Shown here: in pieces, positions 41,287 to 52,351 of the stretch
How the letters are laid out: each line of letters begins with the position of its first letter
Numbering within the stretch: the first letter of the stretch is position 1
From: an uncultured cyanobacterium
GTDB lineage: Bacteria; Cyanobacteriota; Cyanobacteriia; Cyanobacteriales; Nostocaceae
DNA: 64,000 bases
Direction of reading: 5' to 3'
Assembly: GCA_963706595.1 (NCBI GenBank)
Contig: OY970166.1
Span: forward strand, 96,001-160,000
The notes under the pieces: model-generated
The model's database searches: none
What the model saw: the letters and a program-made list of their open reading frames with translations, nothing else
What the model was told of the DNA's origin: nothing
Program-made: the position numbers and the translations under genes

Positions 41287-42258
41287 ATGACCTCAGCCAC
41301 CTCCCTGTTTACCCCTGTGGAAGCAGACCTGCGACTATTAGCAGAAAACCTCAAGCAGCTAGTTGGAAATCGCCACCCCATCCTGTTTATGGCAGCCGAA
41401 CATCTATTCGGAGCTGGGGGAAAGCGTATTAGACCAGCAATTGTTCTGCTGATATCGCGGGCCACAATGTTAGAAAAAGACATAACACTGCGTCACCGCC
41501 GCCTAGCAGAAATCACCGAAATGATTCACACGGCAAGCTTAGTGCATGACGATGTGGTAGATGAATCACAAATGCGACGTGGTGTGGAGACTGTTCATAG
41601 TCTGTTCGGTAATCGCATTGCTGTCCTAGCAGGAGATTTTCTCTTCGCCCAATCGTCCTGGTATTTAGCCAACTTGGATAATTTGGAGGTGGTGAAACTA
41701 CTCTCAGAAGTGATTATGGATCTGGCTACCGGTGAAATTCAGCAAGGAATAAATTGTTTTGATAATGGCATCTCTATAGAGACTTACCTCAAAAAGAGCT
41801 ATTACAAAACAGCCTCGTTAATTGCCAACAGTTCCAAAGCAGCTGGGTTACTTAGTGACGTTTCCCACGAAACTGCCGAACATTTGTACGACTACGGCCG
41901 TCATCTAGGTCTAGCATTTCAGATTGTGGATGATATTTTAGATTTCACCAGTACAACAGATGCTTTGGGTAAACCAGCCGGATCTGATCTCAAAAGTGGT
42001 AATCTCACTGCACCCGTTTTATTTGCCTTAAAGGAAAATCCAGACCTGGAAGCCCTCATTGAACGGAAGTTTGACCAAGAAGGAGATTTAGAGCAAGCTC
42101 TAGAGCTGATTCAAGATAGTCAAGGTATCCAGCAAGCGAGACAATTAGCGGCTTACCATGCCAAGTTGGCAGTTGATCATCTTCAGGTGATCGCACCCTC
42201 CGAATCACGCGAGGCATTAATTAATATAGCTGACTACGTACTTAGTCGGCTTTATTAA
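41287..42258 (+). CDS. sds: solanesyl diphosphate synthase (trans-prenyltransferase)
   Basis: GGKRIRP, HTASLVHDDVVD, RRG, LAGDF, KTASL, FQIVDDILD. Confidence 0.92.
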   Translation: MTSATSLFTPVEADLRLLAENLKQLVGNRHPILFMAAEHLFGAGGKRIRPAIVLLISRATMLEKDITLRHRRLAEITEMIHTASLVHDDVVDESQMRRGVETVHSLFGNRIAVLAGDFLFAQSSWYLANLDNLEVVKLLSEVIMDLATGEIQQGINCFDNGISIETYLKKSYYKTASLIANSSKAAGLLSDVSHETAEHLYDYGRHLGLAFQIVDDILDFTSTTDALGKPAGSDLKSGNLTAPVLFALKENPDLEALIERKFDQEGDLEQALELIQDSQGIQQARQLAAYHAKLAVDHLQVIAPSESREALINIADYVLSRLY

Positions 42259-42344
42259 CAAATTTAGGATTTTTAAATTAATTTTTTCAGATATTGCAGT
42301 TGGGATTTTAGATGTATCTAATGAGTCCCAACTGCAATATTTAT

Positions 42345-42819
42345 TTATGCAATATCTGGAGGTATTTGTTTACCAGATTGCTGTTTTTTTATCTGTTGCT
42401 GCAAGCGATTAAGCAATTCTACACGTTGGATTTCACAGGTATGAGTGGTCTGACCCGGCGTTTCCAAAAAAACTATACTATCTACGGGTTCTAATGCCAC
42501 CAATTGGAACAAAATATGGGTGACAGGAACAATTTTAGCTAGCATTTGAGGGTCAAGCCCAGCAGGTGAAGTTAGGGAGACATCCTGTATGGTAGGAAAA
42601 GCGTAGACAACACGCCTTTCCAATCCTGGATTTGCCCGATTGCTCAATGTAGTTAAAACCCAGCTCTCTTCTGAATTCTGAAGAACATAGTACCTGGGAA
42701 TGACGTAATCTTTTAGTGATCGAGATCAATACAGGAGCAATTGCTGAAATAAGATGTGGTGTTAAGCCATCGCGGGGTGCATTATTAATCAGCAATTGAA
42801 TTTGTGATTTTAAATCCAT
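42345..42819 (-). pseudogene. conserved hypothetical protein, apparent +1 frameshift near 42694
   Basis: MDLKSQIQLLINNAP...RHSQ joins YYVLQNSEESWVLTTLSNRANP... if one G is removed from CCCAGG. Confidence 0.6.
42544..42583 (+). promoter_or_regulatory. HetR recognition site upstream of hetZ
   Basis: ATTTGAGGGTCAAGCCCAGCAGGTGAAGTTAGGGAGACAT with GGG-N5-CCC core (42550-42560), about 470 nt before hetZ; matches my recollection of the Anabaena PCC 7120 hetZ site. Confidence 0.75.
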
Positions 42820-43028
42820 AACGACTTGGAAACGACTCGGTGGGTAATTGGCAAAAGCATCTATCAAATTGTGAACTATCCCATCAATGGGAATAATAAG
42901 AATAGGCACATCCTAATTACTGGACTAGCCTGCATTTAGCTTATATGCAAATCTAAACAGCCAGCCAACACCCACAGTCGTCACAGGTTTTACTTAAGTA
43001 TTTTTAGGGTCTTTTGAAAACCGAGACT

Positions 43029-44249
43029 ATGAATTCAACCGCAACCGCAACAATTCCCACCACAACTGTTCCCACCCCAACCGTTCAGGCAGAAAATTCT
43101 ATCGGCTTTGAGGGAACATTTCAACTCCTATACAAAGAGCTTCAGGAATCAACTAAAGCTTCAAAGCAGAATTGCCATGATGTCGCCACCAGAATTACCA
43201 CCGAAGTATACCGGATTTGTCAAGAAAGTAAACGTATCCAGGCTTCGGGTGATGTGCAAAGCTCGGCTATTTCCCTAGCCAGACATCGGCTGCAACAGTG
43301 TTTCAGGTACTATCAGTTGGGTTCAAGTCGGGGTAGGGTAGAGTTACACAGTACTCTGAGTGCAATTATTTATCGCTACATTAATCCTCCTCAACGGCAG
43401 TTAAGCTATCAAGGACGATTGACCATTATTGAAGATTTCTTACAAGGTTTTTATCTGGAAGCTTTAAATGCTTTCCGACGGGAAAACCAAATGGGTCCGA
43501 CTTATCGTCCCCAAACTCTGCTGGAATTGGCAGAGTACATGGCCTTTACTGAGCGCTATGGTAAGCGGCGAATTCCTTTACCAGGGCGACAACAGCAACT
43601 AATTATCCTGCGGGCGCAAACCTTTTCGCAACAGCAACCCCAGGAAACCAGCGTAGATATAGAACAAGCCGCAGAAGGTAGTTCCAATGACAATGACGGT
43701 TCTTGGGAAGAACCAGCAGTACAGCAATTGCGTTCAGCAATGGCGATGCAACCAGAACCAGAACCAGAAGAAGATACTCTGCGTTCGGTTGTGGTGACAG
43801 AGTTAATGGATTATCTCGCACAACGGCAACAATCTGATTGTGCTGATTACTTCTCTCTGCGACTTCAGGATTTATCAACTCAGGAAATTGAGTCGATTTT
43901 GGGTTTAACTCCCCGTCAGCGCGACTACTTACAGCAACGCTTTAAATATCATCTGATTCGGTTTGCCTTGTTACACCGTTGGGAATTAGTTCACGAGTGG
44001 TTGGAAGCCTCACTGCACACTAATTTGGGTTTAACTCCGCAGCAATGGCAAGATTATACAGCGCAATTGGACGACAAGCAGCGCTCGTTACTGGAATTGA
44101 AACAAGAAGGACAGCCAGATGAGAAAATTGCCAAAACTTTAGGGTTGTCCACAGCCCAGTTGCAAAAACGGTGGTTTAAAATTCTGGAACAAGCATGGGA
44201 AATTCGTAACTCCCTAGTGTCCGGATCAAGTGCATCTACCCATGAATAG
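43029..44249 (+). CDS. hetZ: heterocyst differentiation protein HetZ
   Basis: YYQLGS.RGRVELHSTLSAIIYRY, IEDFLQGFY, C-terminal HTH-like segments; located after sds and before patU. Confidence 0.85.
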   Translation: MNSTATATIPTTTVPTPTVQAENSIGFEGTFQLLYKELQESTKASKQNCHDVATRITTEVYRICQESKRIQASGDVQSSAISLARHRLQQCFRYYQLGSSRGRVELHSTLSAIIYRYINPPQRQLSYQGRLTIIEDFLQGFYLEALNAFRRENQMGPTYRPQTLLELAEYMAFTERYGKRRIPLPGRQQQLIILRAQTFSQQQPQETSVDIEQAAEGSSNDNDGSWEEPAVQQLRSAMAMQPEPEPEEDTLRSVVVTELMDYLAQRQQSDCADYFSLRLQDLSTQEIESILGLTPRQRDYLQQRFKYHLIRFALLHRWELVHEWLEASLHTNLGLTPQQWQDYTAQLDDKQRSLLELKQEGQPDEKIAKTLGLSTAQLQKRWFKILEQAWEIRNSLVSGSSASTHE

Positions 44250-44400
44250 TGACTCAGAATCCTTACAAACCGATTTACTCGATTGGTTGTTGGCAAATAA
44301 AGCTAACACCAACGAGCCTAAATTGGTAGAGTGTGAGGAAGTTGACGGGGTATACAAACCTTTCAAGGAGGTAGCCGCTTTTACAGGCGGTGAGCCATAA
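44242..44400 (+). CDS. patU5: PatU 5' portion (PatU5-like, 52 aa)
   Basis: ATG overlapping hetZ end; MNSDSESLQTDLLDWLL...GEP* in frame with the downstream ORF. Confidence 0.6.
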   Translation: MNSDSESLQTDLLDWLLANKANTNEPKLVECEEVDGVYKPFKEVAAFTGGEP

Positions 44401-45222
44401 TTGGGAGGAATGCCCCAAACCTTTCAATTGGGAGAAATTCCTACTGTGCAAGAACGTTTCCAAGCCGTCCTCAAACGTCGGTTACAAATCGAAGTCGAAA
44501 ACCAGCCTCCTCTATTTCCTTGGGAGTCTCAATTAGTAGAGTACCCAGAATTTGTGGAAGAGCGATCGCTTGCTTTAAGTCCCAACTGGGGATGGATAGC
44601 ACAGCAGTCAAAGCTGAATCTGCCCATACCATTACCAGAGAAAGTTTTTCAAGAATTATTGGCTAAATGTCAAGGGTTGATTACATCTTCGCTACCTCTA
44701 GGGGCAAAACTAGTTCAGGTAGTTGAGGGCTTTTTCCCCAATGAGTCACAGACAATTAATGATTTAGCTGGATTGGTTCTCAGAAGCACTTATCGGTCTG
44801 TGAATACTGCGGATACAATGCCTGAAATTCAGGATGATTACTCAGATTTACAACCACGTCAGCAGATGGCATTGTCATTACTAGCAGCTAAACAACTGTT
44901 AGATAATTTGACTTTACCCGTGTCTTCAGCCAATCCGGTGCTAGAAAGACAATGGCTCACTAGTGCTGGCACTCTGACTTTGAGGGTAGAATACCAGTCT
45001 CAAGATCAGATGACACACTTGAGTGTTAATTGTAAGCTACCAGCTCCAGGTATTTTGAAATTGCAAGGAAATGGCAACCAAGCAGTAGCAAAGTCGGCAA
45101 CTCCGGGACATTTAAGTGTAGAATTATACGGTAATCAACAAACTCCCGTTTATACTCTGGAAGTTGATTTTCCAGAAATAGACCAACAGCCTTTGCTGTT
45201 TGTCATTAGTCCGACGATTTAG
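44401..45222 (+). CDS. patU3: PatU 3' portion (PatU3-like)
   Basis: GEIPTVQERFQAVLKRRL..PPLFPWE; directly downstream of hetZ; ATG candidate at 44410. Confidence 0.75.
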   Translation: MGGMPQTFQLGEIPTVQERFQAVLKRRLQIEVENQPPLFPWESQLVEYPEFVEERSLALSPNWGWIAQQSKLNLPIPLPEKVFQELLAKCQGLITSSLPLGAKLVQVVEGFFPNESQTINDLAGLVLRSTYRSVNTADTMPEIQDDYSDLQPRQQMALSLLAAKQLLDNLTLPVSSANPVLERQWLTSAGTLTLRVEYQSQDQMTHLSVNCKLPAPGILKLQGNGNQAVAKSATPGHLSVELYGNQQTPVYTLEVDFPEIDQQPLLFVISPTI

Positions 45223-45619
45223 TTGAAATGATCACCGTTAGAGTTTTAGGTTGATTTGCACCGATATACCAGATGGTGATCGTGCTTTAAATCTATCCTT
45301 AAATAAAGATGGATCATTAGGGTTTCTACTTTATTCACAAGCGGTAATTATTGCTGCTACGAAAATCGGCATTCAGTTGACACATTTATGAAGATCCTCA
45401 AACTCCCAAAGCTTGCTTTCGGGGAGTTACTGTTTTGTTGAGAGGAACTGGCTGACAAAATATAAATGAGCAACCAAAGCAGTCATACCAATTTAGAATT
45501 GGAAATTAAGAACGTCAGACTCAATATTGTCTCTGTCGTCTTCTTTTTTTAAATTGGTATCGGTTTGTATCCTAAATTTGTGTCCATAGCATCTACAACA
45601 TCCTTTGTTTCTATTCTCA

Positions 45620-47941
45620 ATGTTTAAGTTATCTAGGATCAATCAGGTTTGGCTTCTACCTATAGGTCGTTACTGGCGGCAAAATGTTCAGGGATCAACG
45701 TCAACGGAAGTAGAAAATGCAATTTCCTTAAGAGTACTAGTCTTAGCGTTGGTAATTGTGGGAATTGTGGCAATGGATATTGCCGCCGAGACTCAATTTA
45801 GTCTGTGGGCAGTGCCTTTAAGTATAGTCGGCACGGGCTGGAGTTACTACCGTCGCATTGGTGCTAATATTCCAGTTAAGTTCTGCATCGCCATCGGGAT
45901 GTTAATTGCGCTAGGTGCTTTCTTTGGGCGGTTGCTGGGAGAGTTGAACGATACGCGATTGGCTTTGGCAGAGTTATTAATTCAACTACAAATACTCCAC
46001 AGCTTTGATATGCCTCGCCGCAAAAGCTTGGGCTATTCCATAGTTATAGGTTTGATTTTATTAGGTGTGGCAGCAACAGTCAGTCAAACTCTGGCTTTTG
46101 CACCAGTGTTGCTGATATTTCTGGCGATCGCCTTGCCGACTTTAGTGTTAAACTATCGCTCACAATTGGGCATTCAGCAATTAAAAGTTAAAAATAAAAA
46201 GTTTGATCGGCAGAATTCTCCGATATTAAATCTGAAATTCTTAGTTGTAAATTTTTTGCTAATTGTCGGGCTAGGTCTGGCAATTTTTGCAGTTTTACCG
46301 CGATTTCCTGGCTATCAACTGCGGAGTTTTCCGGTCAGCGCCCCGATTAATGTCCAGGATGATTTTACCGGTCGGAGCATTGTGAATCCTGGTTATGTCC
46401 GTGAAGGTCGGGACGGCAATCAAGGCAATGGTAACAGTGGCGAGGGACAAGGGGGAACAGGTGAACCGGGCAGCGTAGATAATAATTTTTATTACGGTTT
46501 TAATAGCCAGATGAACCAAAACCTGCGGGGAGAGATGAAACCCCAGGTAGTAATGCGGGTGCGATCGCAGATTGAAGGATTTTGGCGCGTCTTAGCATTT
46601 GACCGCTATACCGGGAAAGGGTGGGAGATTTCTCGCAATGAGGAAGTTACGACTCATCGGAGATCGTCTTGGTCTTACCAAATTCGTCTACCTTTGCCAA
46701 TATTTACTGGTCGCACCAGAGAAGTAGTGCAAACTTACACGGTGGTGTCAGATTTGCCTAACTTGATTCCGGCTATGGCTCATCCCAAGGAAATCTATTA
46801 TCCCACGCCGATCATTGCAGTTGACACCGAAAATGGCTTGCGATCGCCTGTAGGATTATCAGAAGGACTCACCTACACGGTAGTTTCAGAAGTACCATAT
46901 CGCGATCGCACTTTATTAGGACAGGCTTCTAGTAAATATCCCCCGAATATTCAAAAATTTTATTTACAAACTCCCCCGGAAATTACCGAAAAAGTTCGGC
47001 AACGGACTGAAGAAATCCTGAATAATTACAACCAAGAACGCATCGCCAATTCCGCTAAAACCCTAGATTCAAATTATGAAAAAGCACTCTATCTAGCTCA
47101 GTATATTAAGCAAAACTACACAATTCCTGAAAATCCTTTAGGACTGCCTTTTTTGAGCGAAGACGAAGACTTAGTAGAAGCTTTTTTGTTCAAACACAAA
47201 GGCGGCTATCGCGATCACTTTTCCACAGTTCTCACGGTGATGCTGCGTTCTATTGGTATCCCGGCCAGGTTGGTGGTTGGTTTTAGTGCGGGACAATTTA
47301 ATCCCTTTACGGGGATGTACGTTGTCAGTAACACAGATGCTTACGCGATGACGGAAGTGTATTTCCCTAGATATGGCTGGTTTGCTTTTGACCCCATTCC
47401 CAATCATCCTTTGATTCCTCCTTCCATTGAGGATATTGAAACATTTAGTGTGCTGCGCCAGTTTTGGCAATGGGTAGCTGGCTGGTTGCCCACGCCAGTC
47501 ACAGGGGTGCTAAATAATGTATTTGGGATCATATTTAGCTGGATCACTAAAGCGATCGCTTGGTTTTTAGCTTTATTTTACCAAGGTTGGGTAGGTGTAC
47601 TAACTGCCTTACTCCTAGCAACAACAACAGCATTTTTGGGTTGGCTAAGTTGGGGACAGTGGCAACAGTGGCTCAAGCGTCGGTGGTTAAAAAAATTACC
47701 CCCAATGGAAAATTTATATCAGCAAATGCTGCAATGGGTAGCTCAAAAAGGTTTGGGTAAGCATCCAGCCCAGACACCCCTAGAGTATGCCAGTGTCTCA
47801 CACCAGCATCACCCCCCAGCCACGGCTCAGGTAATAGATGAAATTTGCCAAGCTTATGTAGACTGGCGTTATGGTGGTCATTCACCCAACTTGAATCGAC
47901 TACGAGAAAAATGGCAAGAACTGAAAAAAAGTGCCAAGTGA
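45620..47941 (+). CDS. membrane transglutaminase-like protein (DUF3488 + TGase + DUF4129)
   Basis: Multi-TM N-terminus, WRVLAFDRYTG.GW, LRSIGIPARLV.GF, EVYFP.YGW.AFDP, QTPLEYA. Confidence 0.88.
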   Translation: MFKLSRINQVWLLPIGRYWRQNVQGSTSTEVENAISLRVLVLALVIVGIVAMDIAAETQFSLWAVPLSIVGTGWSYYRRIGANIPVKFCIAIGMLIALGAFFGRLLGELNDTRLALAELLIQLQILHSFDMPRRKSLGYSIVIGLILLGVAATVSQTLAFAPVLLIFLAIALPTLVLNYRSQLGIQQLKVKNKKFDRQNSPILNLKFLVVNFLLIVGLGLAIFAVLPRFPGYQLRSFPVSAPINVQDDFTGRSIVNPGYVREGRDGNQGNGNSGEGQGGTGEPGSVDNNFYYGFNSQMNQNLRGEMKPQVVMRVRSQIEGFWRVLAFDRYTGKGWEISRNEEVTTHRRSSWSYQIRLPLPIFTGRTREVVQTYTVVSDLPNLIPAMAHPKEIYYPTPIIAVDTENGLRSPVGLSEGLTYTVVSEVPYRDRTLLGQASSKYPPNIQKFYLQTPPEITEKVRQRTEEILNNYNQERIANSAKTLDSNYEKALYLAQYIKQNYTIPENPLGLPFLSEDEDLVEAFLFKHKGGYRDHFSTVLTVMLRSIGIPARLVVGFSAGQFNPFTGMYVVSNTDAYAMTEVYFPRYGWFAFDPIPNHPLIPPSIEDIETFSVLRQFWQWVAGWLPTPVTGVLNNVFGIIFSWITKAIAWFLALFYQGWVGVLTALLLATTTAFLGWLSWGQWQQWLKRRWLKKLPPMENLYQQMLQWVAQKGLGKHPAQTPLEYASVSHQHHPPATAQVIDEICQAYVDWRYGGHSPNLNRLREKWQELKKSAK

Positions 47942-47957
47942 AGCTTTGTAGAGACTT

Positions 47958-47987
47958 TGTAGAGACTTTCCATGGAACGTCTCTACA
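47958..47987. repeat. GTAG-type REP-like palindrome
   Basis: TGTAGAGACTTTCCATGGAACGTCTCTACA between convergent genes. Confidence 0.65.
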
Positions 47988-47999
47988 TTCTGGGAGTAG

Positions 48000-48759
48000 C
48001 TAAATCAAACCCTGTTTTTTCAGATTAGATAAGGCATTTTCCGCAGCTCGTTTTTCAGCCTCCTTCTTACCACGAGCTGTTTCCAGATCCGTAAAGCTGA
48101 TCATCAACAAAAACCTGAGCCAGATATTCAGGAGCATGATCCTCGCCTCCGATTCGTTCTGTCTCATACTTAGGTAGTAAAGACCCAGAATTTGCCTGTA
48201 CCCACTCTTGCAGTCGATTTTTGGAATCGACAGTAGAACGAATTTCCATAATCGCTTCCGGGACTGAGTTAAATAAATCTTCCAGAATTGGGCGGATGAG
48301 TGTAATGTTGCGATCGCAATCTAAATAATACGCTCCCACAACCGATTCAAAGGCGCTACTCAATAAATTGGGGCTATCTCTTCCTCCATCCTGAATTGCT
48401 CCTCTTCCCAAGCGCATTTTAGAATCTAAACCAACTACAATCGCAAATTTAGCCAGTTGCTTCTCGTCCACTAATGCCGATCTGCGGCGAGTCATTTGAT
48501 CTTCTGCCATATCTGGATAGCGTCTATAAAGATACTCACCACTGATAAAAGTCAGTAACGCATCGCCTAAAAACTCCAAACGCTCATTATGCTTTTCCCC
48601 AGGATGTTCGTTGACATAAGAACGGTGAGTCAATGCCTGGCGCAAAAGTTCTTCGTTCTCAAAATTTAACAACTTATGCATTTCTTTTCTATCTCTTGGC
48701 TCTTTTAGATGTAGAGTAATGTTCTTCCATTGCGCTAAAAATTTTGTCAATCCCAACAA
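48000..48759 (-). CDS. rnc: ribonuclease III (apparent +1 frameshift near 48081 in the dsRBD; start may be 48681)
   Basis: ALTHRS, NERLEFLGDA, FESVVGAYYLD, KNRLQEW; removing one A gives GTARGKKEAEKRAAENAL...GLI*. Confidence 0.92.
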
Positions 48760-49129
48760 ATAGCCAGTTGTTATATTTTTGTCAATATCACAGATGCGGT
48801 ATAGAGTAATTGGGTAATGTATGGGTTAAAGAAACAATATGTGCTGATTACAGTCTATGTACTCAGGAAAATTACTACTATATCCAGATGTCATCTAAAT
48901 TTTACTGAAAAATAAATTTACTCAGTTAACTAGATTAGATTTTTTAAATTCCGCATACATCTTGGGACATATTTTAGTGATATACAGCTATTTACCTGCT
49001 AAAATAACCATTTGTCATTTAAAAACTCAGGATTGCTAAACGTAAAGCGTTGTAACTGCTGTTTTTTGGCTATAACATGGAATAATTACCTTACAAGCTC
49101 GTTGCACCATATTTGGTGTCAATTTTTTT

Positions 49130-49396
49130 ATGGAAATACAATTAATCAACATTGGTTTCGGTAACATCGTCTCTGCCAACCGAGTAGTTGCCATCGTTAG
49201 TCCAGAATCTGCACCCATTAAACGGATTATCACCGATGCACGGGACAGAGGTCAATTAGTTGATGCAACTTACGGACGGCGGACAAGGGCTGTAATTATC
49301 ACAGATTCCAGCCACGTAATTCTTTCAGCCATTCAACCGGAAACTGTAGCGAATCGGTTTGTGATTTCCCGCGAGCATCATACTGTCGAAAACTGA
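49130..49396 (+). CDS. remA: DUF370/RemA family protein
   Basis: [39 protein letters not shown]; upstream of gmk. Confidence 0.9.
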   Translation: MEIQLINIGFGNIVSANRVVAIVSPESAPIKRIITDARDRGQLVDATYGRRTRAVIITDSSHVILSAIQPETVANRFVISREHHTVEN

Positions 49397-49790
49397 TTTA
49401 ATATAGGTCAAACAATTTTGGATTTTAGATGTGCGATCTTCGTAACGTCAGCAGCGCAGCTAATATTTTAGACTGACTGCACCAACAAGGGGATACCACC
49501 TTGGGGATTTTAGATAAACGTTAGCGTCAGCAGCGGAGCGAGTATTTTGGATTTGAGAGTAGGCATAGCAGCCTTCCTCAAACCGAAAAAAACCAATCCC
49601 AAATCCCAAATCCAAAATTGGTACGGTCGATAACCCTACCCTATTTAGACCACATCAGCAGTACGATGTGAATTAGACAAGTTTTCTGTCACCCGTGCTA
49701 CAAATTCGTTCTTCAAAAGTTGATCTGATAACGAAAACACAGCGAATGACTCATGAATAATGTCTAATAATTAATTCACAGTTTTAACGG

Positions 49791-50390
49791 ATGATGCAAG
49801 TTTTACCTATCCAAAATGATGCTCCCACCAAAGAAAGCCCCTCTCCAGGCAGGTTAATTGTTTTAACTGGCCCCAGTGGGGTCGGTAAAGGCACTTTAAT
49901 GCAAGAGCTGTTAAAACGTCATCCAGAACTTTACTATTCTGTATCCGTGACAACTCGTTCTCCTCGTCCAGGAGAAATTAACGGCGAAAATTATTACTTT
50001 ATTAGCCGCAGTAAGTTTGAGCAATTAGTTGCCGAGGGTGAATTCTTGGAGTGGGCGGAATTTGCTGGTAATTATTACGGTACTCCCCGTGAAGCTGTGC
50101 TTAACCAAGTTCGATCCGGCAAGTTAGTAATTCTGGAAATTGAACTAGAAGGGGCAAGACAAATCCGTGCTTCCTTCCCAATCGCTCTGAGCATTTTTAT
50201 TTTACCGCCTTCGCTGAATGAATTGGAGAGCCGCATACGTGGTCGCGCCCAAGATTCTGAAGAAGCGATCGCGCGTCGCCTACACCGCGCCCAAGTAGAA
50301 ATCCAAGCCGCAGACGAATTTGATGTTCAAATCGTTAATGACGATTTAGAAACCGCGCTCAAAGCCATAGAAGCAACTTTATTCGGATAG
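49791..50390 (+). CDS. gmk: guanylate kinase
   Basis: [33 protein letters not shown]. Confidence 0.96.
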   Translation: MMQVLPIQNDAPTKESPSPGRLIVLTGPSGVGKGTLMQELLKRHPELYYSVSVTTRSPRPGEINGENYYFISRSKFEQLVAEGEFLEWAEFAGNYYGTPREAVLNQVRSGKLVILEIELEGARQIRASFPIALSIFILPPSLNELESRIRGRAQDSEEAIARRLHRAQVEIQAADEFDVQIVNDDLETALKAIEATLFG

Positions 50391-50408
50391 CTGGAAACTC
50401 TTTAATAC

Positions 50409-50551
50409 TAAGGAACATGAATTAAATAACATCCAAATTCTGGGTTTTGACCTCACCCCGCCTTTAACTTACGTCAAAGTCTCCCCTCTCCTTAGTAAGG
50501 AGAGGGGTTGGGGGTGAGGTTGGTGTATTTTATTAAATCCGCATTCCTAAG
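50409..50551. repeat. MITE-like repeat with central palindrome
   Basis: ACCTCACCCC...CCCCTCTCCTTAGTAAGGAGAGGGG..GGGGTGAGGT; imperfect outer inverted ends (TAAGGAA...TTCCTAA). Confidence 0.6.
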
Positions 50552-50709
50552 CATTGCTCACACAAAATTACAAAGGACACAGACGAAGAGCAAAGCTTTT
50601 CCTTTGTGTCCTAGTCATAAAAGATAGGGCATCAGGCATCGGTAATACTAAAAAATAACTCACAATTAGCTATTACCAATGCCCAATGCCTAATTATCCA
50701 AACATTCAA

Positions 50710-51231
50710 TTAACCAAATAGAGCTTGAATGAGACCTAAATTGCTAGTCAAGAAATAAGCTACTACTGCGCCGCCAATGCCACCAATCAAGAAAGAACTG
50801 GCAAAATTGTTCCAGCTTTCTTTGGAATTAAAAGCGTCTACTGGTGGGTTGGGGACAGTTACACTAGCAAGGGCGTTGGCAGGATTGCTATTGGCATACA
50901 GAGATAGGCAGGCAGTGAGAATCACAACCAAACCGATTGCTCCCAGTAAACCAGCTAAATTAGCATTAGTTGCATCACGTAGAGGTCCCAATTTAGCGAA
51001 AGGCCCAAATAGCAAGTAACCATGAGCCATGCCCACTTCTAAACCACGTCTAGCAGGATTAAGACCTTGACGATAGGCGGGCAAGTTATTAATGAACCAC
51101 TTAACTAGGGGAGAGGAGTTAATTGGGGTTTCTAGGTTTCCTTGCTGAGGATCACGACCTGCTGGAGAAACAACCTCATTATTTCTGGGATCGCTGGGGC
51201 GATTTTTCGATGAATTTACTGCTTGCGCCAT
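50710..51231 (-). CDS. psaL: photosystem I subunit XI
   Basis: GNLETPINSS, NLPAYR.GL, RGLEVGMAHGY, GPLR. Confidence 0.96.
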   Translation of the reverse strand: MAQAVNSSKNRPSDPRNNEVVSPAGRDPQQGNLETPINSSPLVKWFINNLPAYRQGLNPARRGLEVGMAHGYLLFGPFAKLGPLRDATNANLAGLLGAIGLVVILTACLSLYANSNPANALASVTVPNPPVDAFNSKESWNNFASSFLIGGIGGAVVAYFLTSNLGLIQALFG

Positions 51232-51486
51232 ATTTTATGTTCGCCTCTAAATTAGAATGGTGGCATTTTTATATTATTAATAATAATTGTAGCCAAAGAT
51301 GTTTTTTGGCTAAGAAGTTTAGAAAAATTAATTTACCTGCTTTTATTTAAAGTATGAAACTCGCAAGCTATTTACAGCATTACGAGTTTCACAACCTATA
51401 TTTCCTGCTAATTTGAGTGAGACTTTCGCCTAATTAGACTCAGTAATCCAATTACACAATATTCAGCAGTAAATTCCATTTTCCAC

Positions 51487-51639
51487 TTATGGTAGTGGGT
51501 GGAAAAGTAAGTCAGGGAAAAAGCGGTTAAATTCAATTAAAATCCCGGCGGTAATGGTTAGCCAGATAGTAGCTGCCACTGGAGCCGTAGAAAGAAATGT
51601 GATGAAATAGGACGATTGAGCGCCTTTTTCTTCTGCCAT
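51487..51639 (-). CDS. psaJ: photosystem I subunit IX (50 aa)
   Basis: Manual translation: [36 protein letters not shown]; between psaF and psaL. Confidence 0.95.
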   Translation of the reverse strand: MAEEKGAQSSYFITFLSTAPVAATIWLTITAGILIEFNRFFPDLLFHPLP

Positions 51640-51679
51640 GAATTTAGTCTCCAAAACAAATGAATTGAGTTAGTCAGAA

Positions 51680-52174
51680 TTAACGCGGAGAAACAGTAAT
51701 TTCTGAATCTTTAGCGGTTAATTCGCCTGAAAGGAGTTCTTTAATCGCTGCTAGAGGCCAAGCAAAGCCTGATGCGATAATGGGTAGAGCCAAACCAAGA
51801 TCGATTTGGATTTCTTTGGCTTCGGTATCTGATAACTTTTTGATGGCTTGTAGGTAAGCACGGCCTACCCAGCCAATCCAACCAGCAATATACAAAAAGA
51901 GAATGCTGGGAATTAAAAAGTCACCAGCCCGATCTAGGCGACCATCAACAATTAAGTGAGGGTAGCCTTCTGGACCACACAGTGCCTGTGAATAACGCTC
52001 AAAACGCTTTCTCCCTGATTCGGGATCGGCGGTGGTGTTACGGGCATTCTTTGCTAGCTCTTGAAAGGCGGGAGAGTCTTTACAGGGGACTAAATTAGCA
52101 CCAAGCGCTTGGGCTGGGGGGGCAAAATTAGACCAAAGACAAATCGCTAAAATCAAAGCAAACAATCGTCTCAT
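51680..52174 (-). CDS. psaF: photosystem I subunit III
   Basis: [47 protein letters not shown]. Confidence 0.97.
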   Translation of the reverse strand: MRRLFALILAICLWSNFAPPAQALGANLVPCKDSPAFQELAKNARNTTADPESGRKRFERYSQALCGPEGYPHLIVDGRLDRAGDFLIPSILFLYIAGWIGWVGRAYLQAIKKLSDTEAKEIQIDLGLALPIIASGFAWPLAAIKELLSGELTAKDSEITVSPR

Positions 52175-52351
52175 AGATTTGTTTCCTTTTATTACAAAAC
52201 AAAAAGTTCTTTGTACAAAACGAAGCGGCTTGTACAGTGCTTTATTTGCATAACTAGCTAGTAATCATACTCTTGGCCGGGAACCGAGTAAAGTTGAACT
52301 AAATAAAAGTTAAAGCTTCTCAAACATATCGTTACTTAACACAACCTGACA

